DNA of 63,964 nt, counting the filler, from Octopus bimaculoides (lineage: Eukaryota): assembly GCF_001194135.2 (NCBI RefSeq). It is 5 parts of 5 records of this genome, joined end to end, with 100 filler letters (N's around TTAATTAATTAA, not from the genome) between each part and the next. Parts side by side here need not be neighbours in the genome. Positions count along the whole stretch, not along the records: positions 37,445 to 58,385 come from NC_068986.1; positions 58,486 to 62,389 come from NC_068988.1; positions 62,490 to 63,964 come from NC_068996.1; 2 more parts are not named here. One strand, given 5' to 3'. A program made the position numbers and the translations under genes. This document shows, in pieces, positions 51,583 through 62,710 of the stretch (positions are counted from its first letter, which is position 1; every line of letters begins with the position of its first letter). The notes beneath the pieces are model-generated. The model searched no databases and was not told where the DNA came from. It was given only the letters and a program-made list of their open reading frames with translations.

Positions 51583-53112
51583 AACGGCTCTGTGAATATT
51601 GTTGTGTTACTTTGTGAAAACTATGTGAATTACTGTAAGATGTCTCTGTAAATAATTGTGATTTTTTGTGGAATTATTGTTGTTACGTTTCACGCGAGCC
51701 GCTGCACATCTTCCCAGCTATGGCAAGTGGTAGTGTCTCCAGTATGGAAAGCTACGCCAGGGCCACTGCGGCGAGGAAGCCAGTGCCGCTGGTAACCAAG
51801 TTGATCAAGTTGGATATGGAGGAGGTGAGCAGAAACAGGAATTTGATAGAAGTAGGGGAGACTCATACAAATTGTGCCCCGCAAAAGAGACTAAAGAAGA
51901 CAAAATTCTGAGGACAGTTGTGTATCGTACACAGGCTGTCGAAACCTGTAAAATTGAAATGGTGACGGAAGAGGAAATCGAGGAGTGCCTGGGTGAAATT
52001 GTGAATGAAGCTACGTACATCAGCAGAGGAAGAAAGTTCGGTACGGTAGAGGTGAGGTTCGCCACTATAGAAAAGCGATCAAGCATGCGACCAACATTTT
52101 AAGAAGTACAAAAATAGCATTACTGCCAAGTTATAGAGGAAGAAGAAGTTAGAATACGTATTCCCAGAATTCCACCAGAAATTAAACCAGAGTGGTTGGT
52201 TGCAACAGTGCTGGCTGCAACCAAGGAGGAGCCGGAATTGGGACCAGTGGCGAAATCAAAAATGCATAAATGGTGGAGATTTCGACTCGAAATGTGGCTT
52301 TTCGTCACATTCGAGGACATAGAAAGAATTCCCTACCAGATAGAAATGGAGGATGAGAGAATGTTAAATGTTGTAGTCGAGGGAAGAGACCACACTGAAG
52401 AAATGAAAAAGAGATAGAAGTGTGAAACAGAGAAAACAAAGGAGAAGAACGAAAATGGAACTACTAACCTTAAAAAGCGAAAGAAAAATAAGTCAAAGGA
52501 ACGGTCAACAGAAAACAAAAAAGAGATAGAAAAGCCAGAAACTAATAAAGTACAAGAAGAAGAGGAGAGAACGGATAAAGATGTCAAATACAAGGGAGTT
52601 TTGATAAAGTACAAGAATTGCGAGCAGATGGAGAGAAAAGTCGAGAGGTTGGAGGAAATAATAAGAGTGAAGATGCCAGAGAAATGTGCTGAGAAATGCA
52701 TTTTGATACGTGAGGAAAGCTGCTGGGAGTGCATATAAGAACTTGGTGAAAACATAACGAAACGGGTATGGTTGGTGGAGACACCACCCCCTAGAACTGA
52801 TTATTTGCAGTTGATAAGGACGGAAGTAACAGTGGTTAATGGGAGAAAGGTAACGCGAGCGTTTGAATTTTTTGAGTTACAAAACCGTTAAAATGTTTAC
52901 ATGACGTTGAACGTAAAAGTGAAAAACTAGATAAATGTAATCACCCGACTTCGGGGATCGAATGGACATTGCGCTTCATTTTTTTCATTCTTGCATATTA
53001 TCATTTTATTTTAATTACCCCGATTTTATGTTTGTTGCGTTTTGTAATGTCTTTATGTTTTGTGATATCTTTAAAAATTCTTTGTATAGCCCTTTATGGG
53101 TTATAAAGAAAT
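51583..53112 (+). mobile_element. ORF1-only non-LTR retroelement (Tx1/L1-like ORF1; HAL1-like architecture) inserted in a SINE
   Basis: 5' UTR, ATG at 51720, one frameshifted ORF ending near 52890, 3' UTR ending GCCCTTTATGGGTTATAAAGAAAT. Flanked by CAGTAT / CGGTAT. No EN or RT sequence seen. Confidence 0.7.
51720..52890 (+). pseudogene. Degraded LINE ORF1-like protein
   Basis: MASGSVSSMESYARA... / KILRTVVYR...ATYISRGRKFGTVEVRFAT / LLPSYRGRR / VRIRIPRIPPEIKPEWLV...IPYQIEMEDERMLNVVVEGR, then a K/E-rich part. It resembles Tx1/L1 ORF1; the zinc knuckle expected after VVEGR is absent. Confidence 0.55.
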
Positions 53113-53299
53113 CGGTATTTCGTCTGCCGTTACGTTCTGAGTTCAAATTCCGCCGAGGTCGACTTTGCCTTTCATCCTTTCGGGGTCGATAAATTAAGTA
53201 CCACTTACGCACTAGGGTCGATGTAATGGACTTAATCCCTTTGTTTGTCTTTGTTTTTCCCCTCTATGTTTATCCCCTTGTGGGCAGTAAAGAAATAAT
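53113..53299 (+). mobile_element. Family A SINE body with an alternative (Tx1-like) tail
   Basis: CGGTATTTCGTCTGCCGTTACGTTCTGAGTTCAAATTCCGCCGAGGTCGAC...; tail CCCCTCTATGTTTATCCCCTTGTGGGCAGTAAAGAAATAA. Confidence 0.95.
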
Positions 53300-53326
53300 C
53301 GCTAGCACACCGGGCGAAATGCTTAG

Positions 53327-53509
53327 CGACATATGTTTCGAAGATTACAAATGGTTCCTTCCAAACGAATGAGTGAATTTGATAAAGATGTAATTTTCTC
53401 TTCAGGGAAATTCATAAGAGCCAACTTAAACTTATTTTCTCTTCAGAGAAATTCATAAGAGCCAACTTAAACTTAAAGGAATCATTTGTAACCTTCGAAA
53501 CATATGTCG
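53327..53509. mobile_element. MITE with 34-bp TIRs and an internal 41-bp tandem duplication
   Basis: 53327-53360 and 53476-53509 are inverted with 2 mismatches; 53393-53433 and 53434-53474 differ at 1 nt. Confidence 0.8.
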
Positions 53510-55267
53510 GAAATAAAAGTATTCATTTAACATACGCGTATTACTCCATTTATTAAATTTTATATCTACTCAAAATACCCCAAATTAATAGGGAGTTTCT
53601 ACCTCGTAAACAGGAGTTACACCACAGTTATTTTGTGATCTTTGCTACCCTGGTATCCATTAACCAATTTGTTTTGTCGAAGATAATTGTTAACTAAGAG
53701 AAAATAAATACATATAATCAAATATATATATATATATATATATGCATGTGTGTGTGTTTGTATGTTTGTGTCTCTGTGTGTATGTGCCTTTCTGCGTGTG
53801 TGTGTGTGTGTGTTGGCAATGATTCATGAAATAATACAACATATAAATGATATATAATCTCCTGTCAATATTTTTGGAGTTTGAGACACACTCAAAGCTA
53901 TTGAGTCTCATGATGTTATTTTAGTTCAAACATAATTGAAGTCGTATTTGTATTGAGGAAATCACGAGGCAAGTTGCACTTTTCTCATTAGAATCTTTTA
54001 CATTATTCCAAGTTGCTGCCAATCTCTTTCTCCATACATATATATTATGATTATGCATTTATTGGTTGTTCAAATACGCACAATGAAAATAGAACGGTCA
54101 CAACCTACATCAGTTCCTACACTTTACTTTCTAAACATATGTGATCAACTAAAAGTTCAAACACAATTGGACAGAAAAAAAAACACATCTCTATTTTGAC
54201 ATTTAACTGTCCATTGCTAAAAAGAGCAATACTTGCACCAATTTGGAATCAACCTTATCCTGAACTACACATAAACGTTTTAAAAATAAATACTAAAAGA
54301 TTGTACAAATATTATAATGGTTTATTTCAGAACTATTTCTGTAGTCAACAATGTACTTTATTATTTTGTTATAATTTGAGTTCACTTTCCTCTCATCCAC
54401 CGCTGACACCTTGATGTTATTTTTAAAGAACTTTCAGTTAATTTGGTTGAAAAGTAGTCTTATCTAACCTTCTTCGTTATCTCTCAACACCTCCAATAAT
54501 TGTTCCAGTAATTGTTCTGCATTGAGAACATTTTACATCAACTGTCTCTGAAGTCATCGTACTTGGGATGTTTCCATGGACACCAACCCTTGGATCTCTC
54601 ACTTTTCTGACATCACCATTGCTAGTAAAGAGAAGAGACCGAAGCCCTTTCCATCTAGAATTGCCTGCACCAATTAGTCTCAGAACCTGTTAGAACGTAC
54701 CTGTATCCCTGACTGATGCACGAATATCTTTTTTCTTTTGTCCAGATCCACATTTTACCATGGCAATCAGATATCAACTAAAATTGGATTGTCTACCCAT
54801 TACCATATCAAGACACCTTTATCCAAATACGTCCTCCACCTCTTCATTTTTACTTTATGCCACTTCATATCAATAGTTAATTGGAACTATCAATCATCTA
54901 TTTTCGGTCGAATTTATTGGTTGTAAATGTATTTCAATTTACCTAACCCTAAAAATTTATGCATTTATGAAATACAAGCATTCTAAGTAATTTTCTTAGA
55001 TTTCCACGCTACCAAAGCGACTCTGGCAAAGAATACTATCTACAGCACACTAAGGAAATCTTTTACCATTGCAAATATGCAAAGTAACCAACCATATGTA
55101 AAGCCAAAATATAAATCCTTGAATCGAATGCCCTGCAAGCTCTTTCGTTTTCCACGATCATACCATTTACAATCTACAAGCTCTTTTGCATGTCATGCTT
55201 GCAATCTCTTTCTCAACGTATGATTTAAAACAATGTAGTACACTACACTCTATAGTTTCCTTCGCTT

Positions 55268-55415
55268 CCCACGGTTTACAAGCTCTCTCGCCTCCCATTG
55301 TCTGTAAGCTATCTCTTCTCTTACGATCTTCAAGATTTCTTTATCTCACACGATCTGCCAACTCGTTAATCTTCCAAGGTTTGTAAGCTCTCTTACTTCC
55401 CATGGTCTGCAATGC
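55268..55415 (+). repeat. Diverged 26-bp tandem repeat (5-6 units)
   Basis: CCCACGGTTTACAAGCTCTCTCGCCT / CCCATTGTCTGTAAGCTATCTCTTCT / ... / TCCAAGGTTTGTAAGCTCTCTTACTT. Confidence 0.6.
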
Positions 55416-56216
55416 AAATTATCACATACAACTTGTACGCTGCTTAATGCTTCTCTATTATCGCTAATATGTCAATAACGACTTCTCTTCCCTTCTTCAC
55501 GGAAATTATCTTATATTTCGTTTGATTCCTGGTTTTGTTTAATATTACAATCAATATGTACCTGCCGTTTTAGTTAAACACTTCTTTATAATTTCAGTTA
55601 GTTATCATTATTGCTATAACGCTGTGTATTTCGTGGTACTTACGTTATGTCCTTAACGACCTCTCCTGGCAACAGAAGATGCGTGGTAGCAGTAATTAAC
55701 CAAGTGATGCAGAAAGGAATAACTTATGTGCTTATTTCATAAATCTGTCGAAAAAGAAAACTTAATGATAATAATTGACCATTGAAATTAACAATTTATT
55801 AATTACGTTCAATAGCTCTTCACTTACATTTACATTGAATAATTACAAAATATAACAATTGAAATTCATGCATGTATGACAGAAAATGAATAAGTTACTC
55901 AATATTTGTAAAGGATACATCAGAAGTATAACTATAGTCTCTTTTTAAAATTATGTAAGATATCTGTAAAAAGAACATAAAGTAGAATTCAATCGATTTT
56001 TCAAATGAGATAATATGAAATAGATCGAACTGATTTTGACTATTTAAACTAAATTCGAATGTACAATCGATGGAAAGAATATTTGTATAGGGTGTGATAG
56101 ATTTTATATGACTTTTGTAATCAATGCTTCCTTTCATTGTAAATGATAAGACATTGGATTGTTCATTATAAATTATCAGGGACGTACGTAAAGTTTTCAA
56201 TATATGCCAGTATGTT

Positions 56217-56280
56217 AAGATGATGAGCTGGCAAAATCATTTCGTCCGGCGTGCTAACGATTCTGCAAGCTCGCCGCTTT
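56217..56280. mobile_element. Fold-back of two truncated family A SINE heads
   Basis: AAGATGATGAGCTGGCAAAATC (plus) directly joined to ATTTCGTCCGGCGTGCTAACGATTCTGCAAGCTCGCCGCTTT (minus). Confidence 0.75.
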
Positions 56281-56517
56281 ATACAAGTTACGTATACTAT
56301 TATTAGATTCAACTTCATTAAATTTAAAGTTTCATCGGCTTCTTACTGAAACCTAGCATATCGGTCTCAAATAGCTGATTAGATAGGTGCAAGAATTTCA
56401 TAATGACAAACGAAAACTGGGTTGTTATTGGTCAACGCATCTCACATCGTTCTTTAAGGAAAGGAATCGTAATTCAAGCGGCACCAAATCCATTAAAAAG
56501 TAGAATTTCTTTGACAG

Positions 56518-56604
56518 CGTGGCTGGACAGAAAGCTGGTGGCGTCTCGCTATATGGCTGGTCTTTGAAGGGACTTGAGCGACAACGGATCAATGACCGGA
56601 GAGG
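56518..56604 (+). other. Candidate 87-nt internal exon (unconfirmed)
   Basis: TTTCTTTGACAG| ... GAGG|GTGAGT; 49/87 GC; one open frame, VAGQKAGGVSLYGWSLKGLERQRINDRR. No homology recognised. Confidence 0.3.
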
Positions 56605-57230
56605 GTGAGTGTATGTGTATGTGTGTGTGTGTGCCAGCTGTATGGGTTCATAGATGTGGGTGTCTGTTTCCAGTCAATGTGACTATCTTTTCCTAAGTGG
56701 CCTAACAATTTTCGCCAGTTATTTTCTCCTTCCTTACCTCGAGTTGCTCCAAAGTATTACCAAACGAATGCTTCACCTTCTCCGGAATCAGATATAATTT
56801 CAAGAAATCTAGAATTTATGTTGTGCGATATTTAATATACCTTTATTCGCCTTTATCATTCATATCCATGCTACTGACCACTCATAATCATTTCTCATTA
56901 TTCATTGTCGTCTGATTAAACACACACACATACTCGCGCGCAGACATAAACGTATATATATATATATATGTATATGTGCGCGCGTGTGTGTGAGTGTGTG
57001 TGCGCGCACGCTTGTGGATTTCAAGTTCTTATAAGAGATAGAAGTTTATACGAATGCAAATCTATAAGAATAACTCTAATGCAAATGAGTCTCTACGTCG
57101 TAACTCCACGTCCTAGAAATAGCAGTCAAGTCTCTTTAAAATCATGACTTACAGCTTACAATAAAGAAAGAGCACATTTGATAATGTAATCTTAAAGTAA
57201 CCATGTAAAGGTAGGATGGACGCCAACAGA

Positions 57231-57330
57231 GAAGAAGAAGAAGAAGAAGAAGAAGAAGAAGAAGAAGAAGAAGAAGAAGAAGAAGAAGAAGAAGAAGAAG
57301 AAGAAGAAGAAGAAGAAGAAGAAGAAGAAG
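57231..57330. repeat. (GAA)n microsatellite
   Basis: Read directly. Confidence 0.95.
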
Positions 57331-58006
57331 ACAGTGAAATTAAATATTGCTTGAAGTATCTTCGTCGAAATAGGATTCTCTCAAAACAAATCATGTTCTT
57401 CCACCAACTATTTATTTGTCAAATATAATTTAGAAAGAACCCATTCAAAATGTCTATTGCATGTATACCCTAATGAGAAGCTGATTTTAATTCCATAAAG
57501 GTGACTGAATATTTTCCGAGTTTATTTGAGTCTTTTGAATGATAATTATTTGTGTTCAATTCTGGCTACTATAGACATGAATGTATAAGTTTATCAAATA
57601 GAACTAGCTGAGCCGTAATTAGATGACGCCAAATCAAAATAGCTTCTAGTTACAAACAATTCTATATTAGGGAAAAGCGGTTTATATAAATTGAATTTAT
57701 GCGATAATTTGTTGTGGTGGTAATCTAATTACTAAATATAAATTGCCTTCAAATTGAGACTAAATATGTTTCTTCTTCCATCTACTTCACGTCTAAATGA
57801 TAAGCTACATTGTGATTATGACTCAACATATTAGAAATACAGTTTTATTTGTTAGCATGCAGGTGCCTTAGAGACACCTTATGCAAGATTTAGATGATAG
57901 CTATTGATATTTATATGCTAAAATACTCAAGTTTGAATAATACGCTCCCAACATTTATTTATCTAAGTAGTTTAAAAACTAAATCAATATTTCGTTTGTA
58001 TGCATT

Positions 58007-58037
<31 letters not shown>

Positions 58038-58262
58038 CTTTCTTTTATTAGCCACGCAGGGCTGCATACAGAGGGGACAAATACAACTGTAGAGCTTTTC
58101 TTTAAGAAAAAAAAAATCCGATCAAAAGGGATCGGTAGGGGCAAAAAAGGAAAAAAAAAGGGGGATATCGTATATCACAGAAAATGTCAATTGTGTAAAA
58201 TGGGGTAACATTAGGTTTATCCATGGAGAGAAAAGCCTACGGAAAAGACCATGGTAACCTCA
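58038..58262 (-). mobile_element. 3' UTR fragment of a probable Tx1/L1-like LINE, ending in (GATA)n
   Basis: Minus strand ends CCCCTCTGTATGCAGCCCTGCGTGGCTAATAAAAGAAAG, similar to the tails at 53080-53112 and 53259-53296. No ORF is present, so the clade call is inference. Confidence 0.55.
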
Positions 58263-58529
58263 GCAGGGAATAGACACATGAGAGCGAAGTGCTCTCTCTC
58301 TCTCTCTTTTTTTAAAAAATTTTTTTTTTTCGATTTATAGGATCATGCTCAAAGAGGTATCGTCACTCGCACGCATCATCTTTGCNNNNNNNNNNNNNNN
58401 NNNNNNNNNNNNNNNNNNNNNNNNNNNNNTTAATTAATTAANNNNNNNNNNNNNNNNNNNNNNNNNNNNNNNNNNNNNNNNNNNNTATATATATATATAT
58501 ATATATGAGTGTTTGTGTGTTTGTGCGTG

Positions 58530-58748
58530 TGTGTGTGTTTGTGTCTGTGTTTGTCTCCCCACCATCGCTTGACATCCGATGTTGGTGTATTTACATCCCC
58601 GTAAATTATCGGTTCGGTAAAAGAGACCGATAGAATAAGTACCAGGCTTACAAAGAATAAGTCCAGGTGCTGATTTCTTCGACTACAAGGCGGTGCTCCA
58701 GCATGGCCACAGTCAAAATAACTGAAACAAGTAAAGAATAAAAGAATA
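58530..58748 (+). mobile_element. SINE family B, 3' half
   Basis: GTGTTTGTCTCCCCACCATCGCTTGAC...GGCGGTGCTCCAGCATGGCCACAGTCAAAATAACTGAAACAAG. Confidence 0.9.
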
Positions 58749-58801
58749 TATATATATAATCCCTTTTTATCTTTTACTTGTTTCAGTCATTAGACTTGCA
58801 G

Positions 58802-60107
58802 GGATCTAGTCTTTCTCATTCGCAAAATGAGCCCCCTTTAATTTTGCGCAGATTGCTTTCAATTTTGGTGTATCGATGCAACTCTGAATTTTGATTACGA
58901 TCAACCAATTACTTTATCTCGNNNNNNNNNNGCGTGGCATTAGCAGCTTGTTGCCATGACAACCGCATGCTGTGTTGTGGTTCACTGTTGTCTGTGCTGC
59001 TGTTGTCAGTATTGATTTTTCACATTTGATTCTTCACACCAAGAGGTTCTTCTCACCTGCGCGTTTTGTTTTAATTTTTCTGTTTGATAGTATATTACAT
59101 ATTTTTCTGTGCTTCTGTGTATTACTATTTTTCTGTATTTTTACATATTTTTACATATTTTTCATTTCATATATTTTTGGGACTCATTGACTGGATTTAT
59201 TATTTCACTAGGTTAATTCTATTCATAAAAAATTAAATTAGGAGTATTTCTGAAACCGTTAGCTTCACATTTCAACAGCTTAACTGAAATTTAGCCCCGT
59301 AACAGGAACTGAGAGGAACATCGTGGAACAGAGAAACAGTGGGTGATTCAGATAATTTGACATTATTTTTGAATTCTGGATGCAAAAACATATAAGACAC
59401 AGAGTATTCTTTTCATTGGAACAAATTCTTTGTTGACCAATGTTATTCTTATCGTAGTTTACAAATCCTAGCATGAAAACGTTACTCAATTTCTGTTTTG
59501 GAGACAGACGCCCCCTTTTCACANNNNNNNNNNNNNNNNNNNNNNNNNNNNNNNNNNNNNNNNNNNNNNNNNNNNNNNNNNNNNNNNNNNNNNNNNNNNN
59601 NNNNNNNNNNNNNNNNNNNNNNNNNNNNNNNNNNNNNNNNNNNNNNNNNNNNNNNNNNNNNNNNNNNNNNNNNNNNNNNNNNNNNNNNNNNNNNNNNNNN
59701 NNNNNNNNNNNNNNNNNNNNNNNNNNNNNNNNNNNNNNNNNNNNNNNNNNNNNNNNNNNNNNNNNNNNNNNNNNNNNNNNNNNNNNNNNNNNNNNNNNNN
59801 NNNNNNNNNNNNNNNNNNNNNNNNNNNATAATGAACAGGTCAGCCGCTAAACTATAAATTTCACAGGGTACAACCTTAAAGTTGACACCGCTCTGCTAAA
59901 CGCAGAAAAATTCTGTCACACTATTGGCTACGAATACACAGTTTTTTCGATTTTTTAATCTCTGTAACTTTTTTCTCCATTTTTTTTCTCCACAACATCA
60001 TACCTTCAAAACAATGAGATTGGAAGGTTACATTATTATAGCCGATTTTCAGATTTTTTACTTCCTTTTAAAAAATGCATATTTTGCGAATGCAAAGAAC
60101 AAGATCC
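58802..60107. mobile_element. Non-autonomous TIR DNA transposon splitting a family B SINE
   Basis: 58802-58828 versus reverse complement of 60081-60107: 22/27 identical. The SINE tail ...CAGTCATTAGACTTGCA precedes it and TGCGGCCATGCTGGGGCACC resumes at 60111. Confidence 0.7.
58950..58963. promoter_or_regulatory. RFX X-box-like motif
   Basis: GTTGCCATGACAAC, one mismatch from the palindromic X-box GTTGCCATGGCAAC; function unproven. Confidence 0.3.
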
Positions 60108-60295
60108 AAGTGCGGCCATGCTGGGGCACCGCCTTGACAAGTTTGGTCGAATAAATCGATCCCAGTCCTTTTTTTTAAAGTCTGGTAATTATTCTATCAG
60201 TCTCTTTCTACCGAGCTGCAAATTTACAGGGACTTAAACAAACGAACACCGGTTGTCAAGCGGTGGTAGGGACAAACACAAACGTAAACGTACAC
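60108..60295 (-). mobile_element. SINE family B, 3' half (continuation of 58760-58800)
   Basis: GCGGCCATGCTGGGGCACCGCC...ACCGGTTGTCAAGCGGTGGTAGGGACAAACAC. Confidence 0.85.
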
Positions 60296-60364
60296 ACACA
60301 TATACATACATACATACATACATACATACATACATACATACATACATTACCATATATAGATGCA

Positions 60365-61337
60365 TATATATATAACGATGTTATCCTTAAAGCCATGGGA
60401 TCAGGTTCGAAGTCTGATGTCATATATCTTGACTTCAGTAAAGCGTTCGACAAAGTCGACCACAATATCCTACTGCCAAAATTGTCATATGTTGGAATCC
60501 TTTGAAAATTACTCTACTGGATTGAGTATTTCCTGTAGAACAGAACACAACATGTGATCGGTGGAATCCACTCGAGCCCAGCAAATGTCACCAGTGGTGT
60601 CCCTCAGGGAACTGTCTTGGGTCCGCTCCTCTTCATAGTCTATACAAACGACCCCTCCAGCATCATAAAACGCAGCAAAGTGAAAATATTCGTTGATGAC
60701 TCTAAGCCCCAGAAAATTATCAATGAAGAAGACCAAACTGAACCCCAGTCTGATCTACATGCTGTGAGTCAATGGGCAGACAGAAAAAAAATGCTACTAA
60801 ACGAGGGAAAATTTGAACTAATGCATTTTGGAAGAAAGACTATGCTAGAACATACATCTTCTCTTCCTTTAGGGGACCCACTCACAGCATCTAATAATAT
60901 CAGAGACCTAAGAGTAAGTGTTGATAACAATCTCAGCTGGAGTGCCCGCATAAACAATAAGGTCGTGAAAGCGCGTAGGATGAGCTCCTGGACCCTAAGA
61001 ACCTTCCGGTCCAGACAACACGGTATCATCATTCCTCTTTTCTCCTCCTTTGAACGACCACACCTCGAATACTGCTGCCCCCTGTGGTCTCCCCATACAA
61101 AACAATACATTCTGAAAATTGAATCACTTCAAACGTCATTCACTAAAAGAATTAAGGGCATGACTTATTGCGATTATAGACACCGCCTTAAAGCATTGAA
61201 ACTCTATTCCCTCCAGCGCAGCCGTGAGCGATACAACATTTGCACGATGTGGAGAATATACCACCAGCATTGACCAATTTAGGATCACAACACATAAATA
61301 CGCTACAACACAGTGTCTTTTCCTGGAAAGGCTCTGC
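60365..61337 (+). mobile_element. 5'-truncated CR1-clade LINE ORF2 (RT) with two in-frame stops, running into a gap
   Basis: DVIYLDFSKAFDKVDH, SGVPQGTVLGPLLFIVYTND, KIFVDDSK, RPHLEYCCPLWSP and LYSLQRSRER in a single frame; TGA at 60503 and TAG at 60536. Confidence 0.95.
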
Positions 61338-61909
61338 NNNNNNNNNNNNNNNNNNNNNNNNNNNNNNNNNNNNNNNNNNNNNNNNNNNNNNNNNNNNNNN
61401 NNNNNNNNNNNNNNNNNNNNNNNNNNNNNNNNNNNNNNNNNNNNNNNNNNNNNNNNNNNNNNNNNNNNNNNNNNNNNNNNNNNNNNNNNNNNNNNNNNNN
61501 NNNNNNNNNNNNNNNNNNNNNNNNNNNNNNNNNNNNNNNNNNNNNNNNNNNNNNNNNNNNNNNNNNNNNNNNNNNNNNNNNNNNNNNNNNNNNNNNNNNN
61601 NNNNNNNNNNNNNNNNNNNNNNNNNNNNNNNNNNNNNNNNNNNNNNNNNNNNNNNNNNNNNNNNNNNNNNNNNNNNNNNNNNNNNNNNNNNNNNNNNNNN
61701 NNNNNNNNNNNNNNNNNNNNNNNNNNNNNNNNNNNNNNNNNNNNNNNNNNNNNNNNNNNNNNNNNNNNNNNNNNNNNNNNNNNNNNNNNNNNNNNNNNNN
61801 NNNNNNNNNNNNNNNNNNNNNNNNNNNNNNNNNNNNNNNNNNNNNNNNNNNNNNNNNNNNNNNNNNNNNNNNNNNNNNNNNNNNNNNNNNNNNNNNNNNN
61901 NNNNNNNNN

Positions 61910-61971
<62 letters not shown>

Positions 61972-62129
61972 TATGTGTGTTTGTGCTTGCTACCCCCATT
62001 GCTTGGTAATGGGGGTTAGCAAACATATGGGGGTAGAAATATATGAGCGTATGTGTACGAAGAGAGAGAGAGATGGAGGGAGAGAAAAAGAGAAAGAGAG
62101 AGAGAGAGAGAGAGAGATAGATAGATAGA

Positions 62130-62300
62130 TATTGGTTTCTTTACGTCCTCATAACTTAGAGGTTCAGCCAAGAAGACCGATAGATTTAGTACCAGTCTGA
62201 TAAAAGGACATAAGGACTGGCATCAATTTGTTCGACTAAAACCTTTTAAAGCAGTGTCTTAGCATGGCCGCAATCCAGTGACTGAAAGAAGTACACGATA
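62130..62300 (+). mobile_element. SINE family B, 3' half
   Basis: TTTACGTCCTCATAACTTAGAGGTTC...AGCATGGCCGCAATCCAGTGACTGAAAGAAGTA. Confidence 0.75.
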
Positions 62301-62343
62301 ATAGAAATATATGAGTGTATGTGTATGTATATGTGTACGAAGA

Positions 62344-62389
<46 letters not shown>

Positions 62390-62710
62390 NNNNNNNNNNN
62401 NNNNNNNNNNNNNNNNNNNNNNNNNNNNNNNNNTTAATTAATTAANNNNNNNNNNNNNNNNNNNNNNNNNNNNNNNNNNNNNNNNNNNNCATGAACTCAT
62501 CGATGAAAATCCACTGTCACATATAGAAAAATTAATAAGTAAAAGTACAATAAATAAGTATGATATAATACAAAATAAATATCATAAGTTAAAGATAATA
62601 AAACGACTACACGTGTTTCATAACCAATTTTCAAATAGAAAGAAAATTTAAATCGATTAAAATCGATTAAAACTATCGCTAATCTTCAGTATAAAATATT
62701 CTTTATATCA

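Noticed and set aside
60503-60505. In-frame TGA in the CR1 RT as possible selenocysteine
   Set aside because: It falls at a usually Gly position (one step from GGA), and a TAG follows 11 codons later; ordinary decay.
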